Source: an uncultured Chloroflexia bacterium (GTDB lineage: Bacteria; Chloroflexota; Limnocylindria; QHBO01). Taken from it: a stretch of 64,000 bases of DNA. Position numbers and translations under genes: made by a program. This document shows, piece after piece, positions 63,656 to 64,000 of the stretch (positions are counted from its first letter, which is position 1; the number at the start of each line of letters is the position of its first letter). The DNA is taken from contig CAWJMZ010000004.1 in assembly GCA_963844265.1 (NCBI GenBank), forward strand, positions 39,942 to 103,941, in the 5' to 3' direction. The notes under the pieces were generated by a model, which ran no database searches, had not been told where the DNA came from, and saw only the letters and a program-made list of their open reading frames with translations.

Positions 63656-64000
63656 ATGAACTTTTCCTCTCTCACCCTGCGCCGCGGCGTCCTGGTGAGC
63701 GTGATCCTTGCCCTCGCCTTCGTGCTTGCCGCCTGCAGCGGCAACGACGAGGGTGACGGCTCACCCGCAGCCAGTGGCGGCACCTCGGGCGGAACCGTCA
63801 CCGTCGAGAACGGCAACGTCGAGCTCAGCGCCGACAACCTCGAGTTCAGCGCCACCGTCATCGAGGCGCCGGCCGGCGAGGAGTTCACGATCACCTTCAC
63901 CAACCTCGAGTCCCAGCCGCACAACGTGGCGGTGGACACCGAGGAAGGCGGTGACGAGATCGTCACCGGCGAGGTGATCACCGGACCCGACGCGGAGACC
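63656..64000 (+). CDS. Cupredoxin-like lipoprotein, 3' end cut by the window edge
   Basis: This ORF is not in the supplied track because it has no stop in the window. Read by hand it gives MNFSSLTLRRGVLVSVILALAFVLAA-CSGN (lipobox), then NLEFSATVIEAPAGEEFTITFTNLESQPHNVAV, a cupredoxin-type strand pattern with a His ligand. Confidence 0.7.
   Translation, partial: MNFSSLTLRRGVLVSVILALAFVLAACSGNDEGDGSPAASGGTSGGTVTVENGNVELSADNLEFSATVIEAPAGEEFTITFTNLESQPHNVAVDTEEGGDEIVTGEVITGPDAET

Overview
This is a very GC-rich bacterial chromosomal segment (about 70% by eye, not computed) and is densely coding. I call about 58 protein genes, one tRNA-Pro(GGG) and one frameshifted gene. I found no rRNA, CRISPR array, transposase or prophage. 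All homology calls come from motif recognition in the supplied translations; no searches were run.

Most of the window is housekeeping:
- alaS, ruvX, mltG, an M24 aminopeptidase and efp
- xseAB, dxs, tlyA, nadK and recN
- xerD, then scpAB, rluB, cmk and plsC
- ispH, der and gpsA
- moeA and a moaC/moaB fusion
- nrdR and dcd

The gene order matches well-known actinobacterial blocks in M. tuberculosis: alaS-ruvX-mltG, pepQ-efp, tlyA-ppnK-recN, and scpA-scpB-rluB-cmk-der. I therefore infer an Actinomycetota-like or related monoderm lineage.

The less ordinary content is:
1. An FtsA-like actin-fold ATPase and a single-pass membrane protein with a Baseplate_J-like ectodomain are inserted between alaS and ruvX. 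They are translationally coupled into ruvX-mltG. This is my best candidate for an undescribed module.
2. At least 13 genes have a TANNNT box 6-8 nt upstream of the start codon, which suggests widespread leaderless transcripts.
3. A 13-15 nt GC-rich motif occurs three times, only in intergenic DNA.
4. A chb-like amino-sugar disaccharide locus appears to use an ABC importer and a kinase instead of a PTS. Its divergent promoters sit around a perfect 18-bp palindrome.
5. An EtfD-like membrane Fe-S reductase is clustered with an acyl-CoA dehydrogenase and etfBA.
6. There is a large zinc-ribbon/cyclase/STAND-ATPase/TPR protein, and a separate short gene that looks like a cyclase with its catalytic core deleted.
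7. A stand-alone LigD-type polymerase gene is broken by a 1-nt frameshift.

None of these is proven novel from sequence alone.
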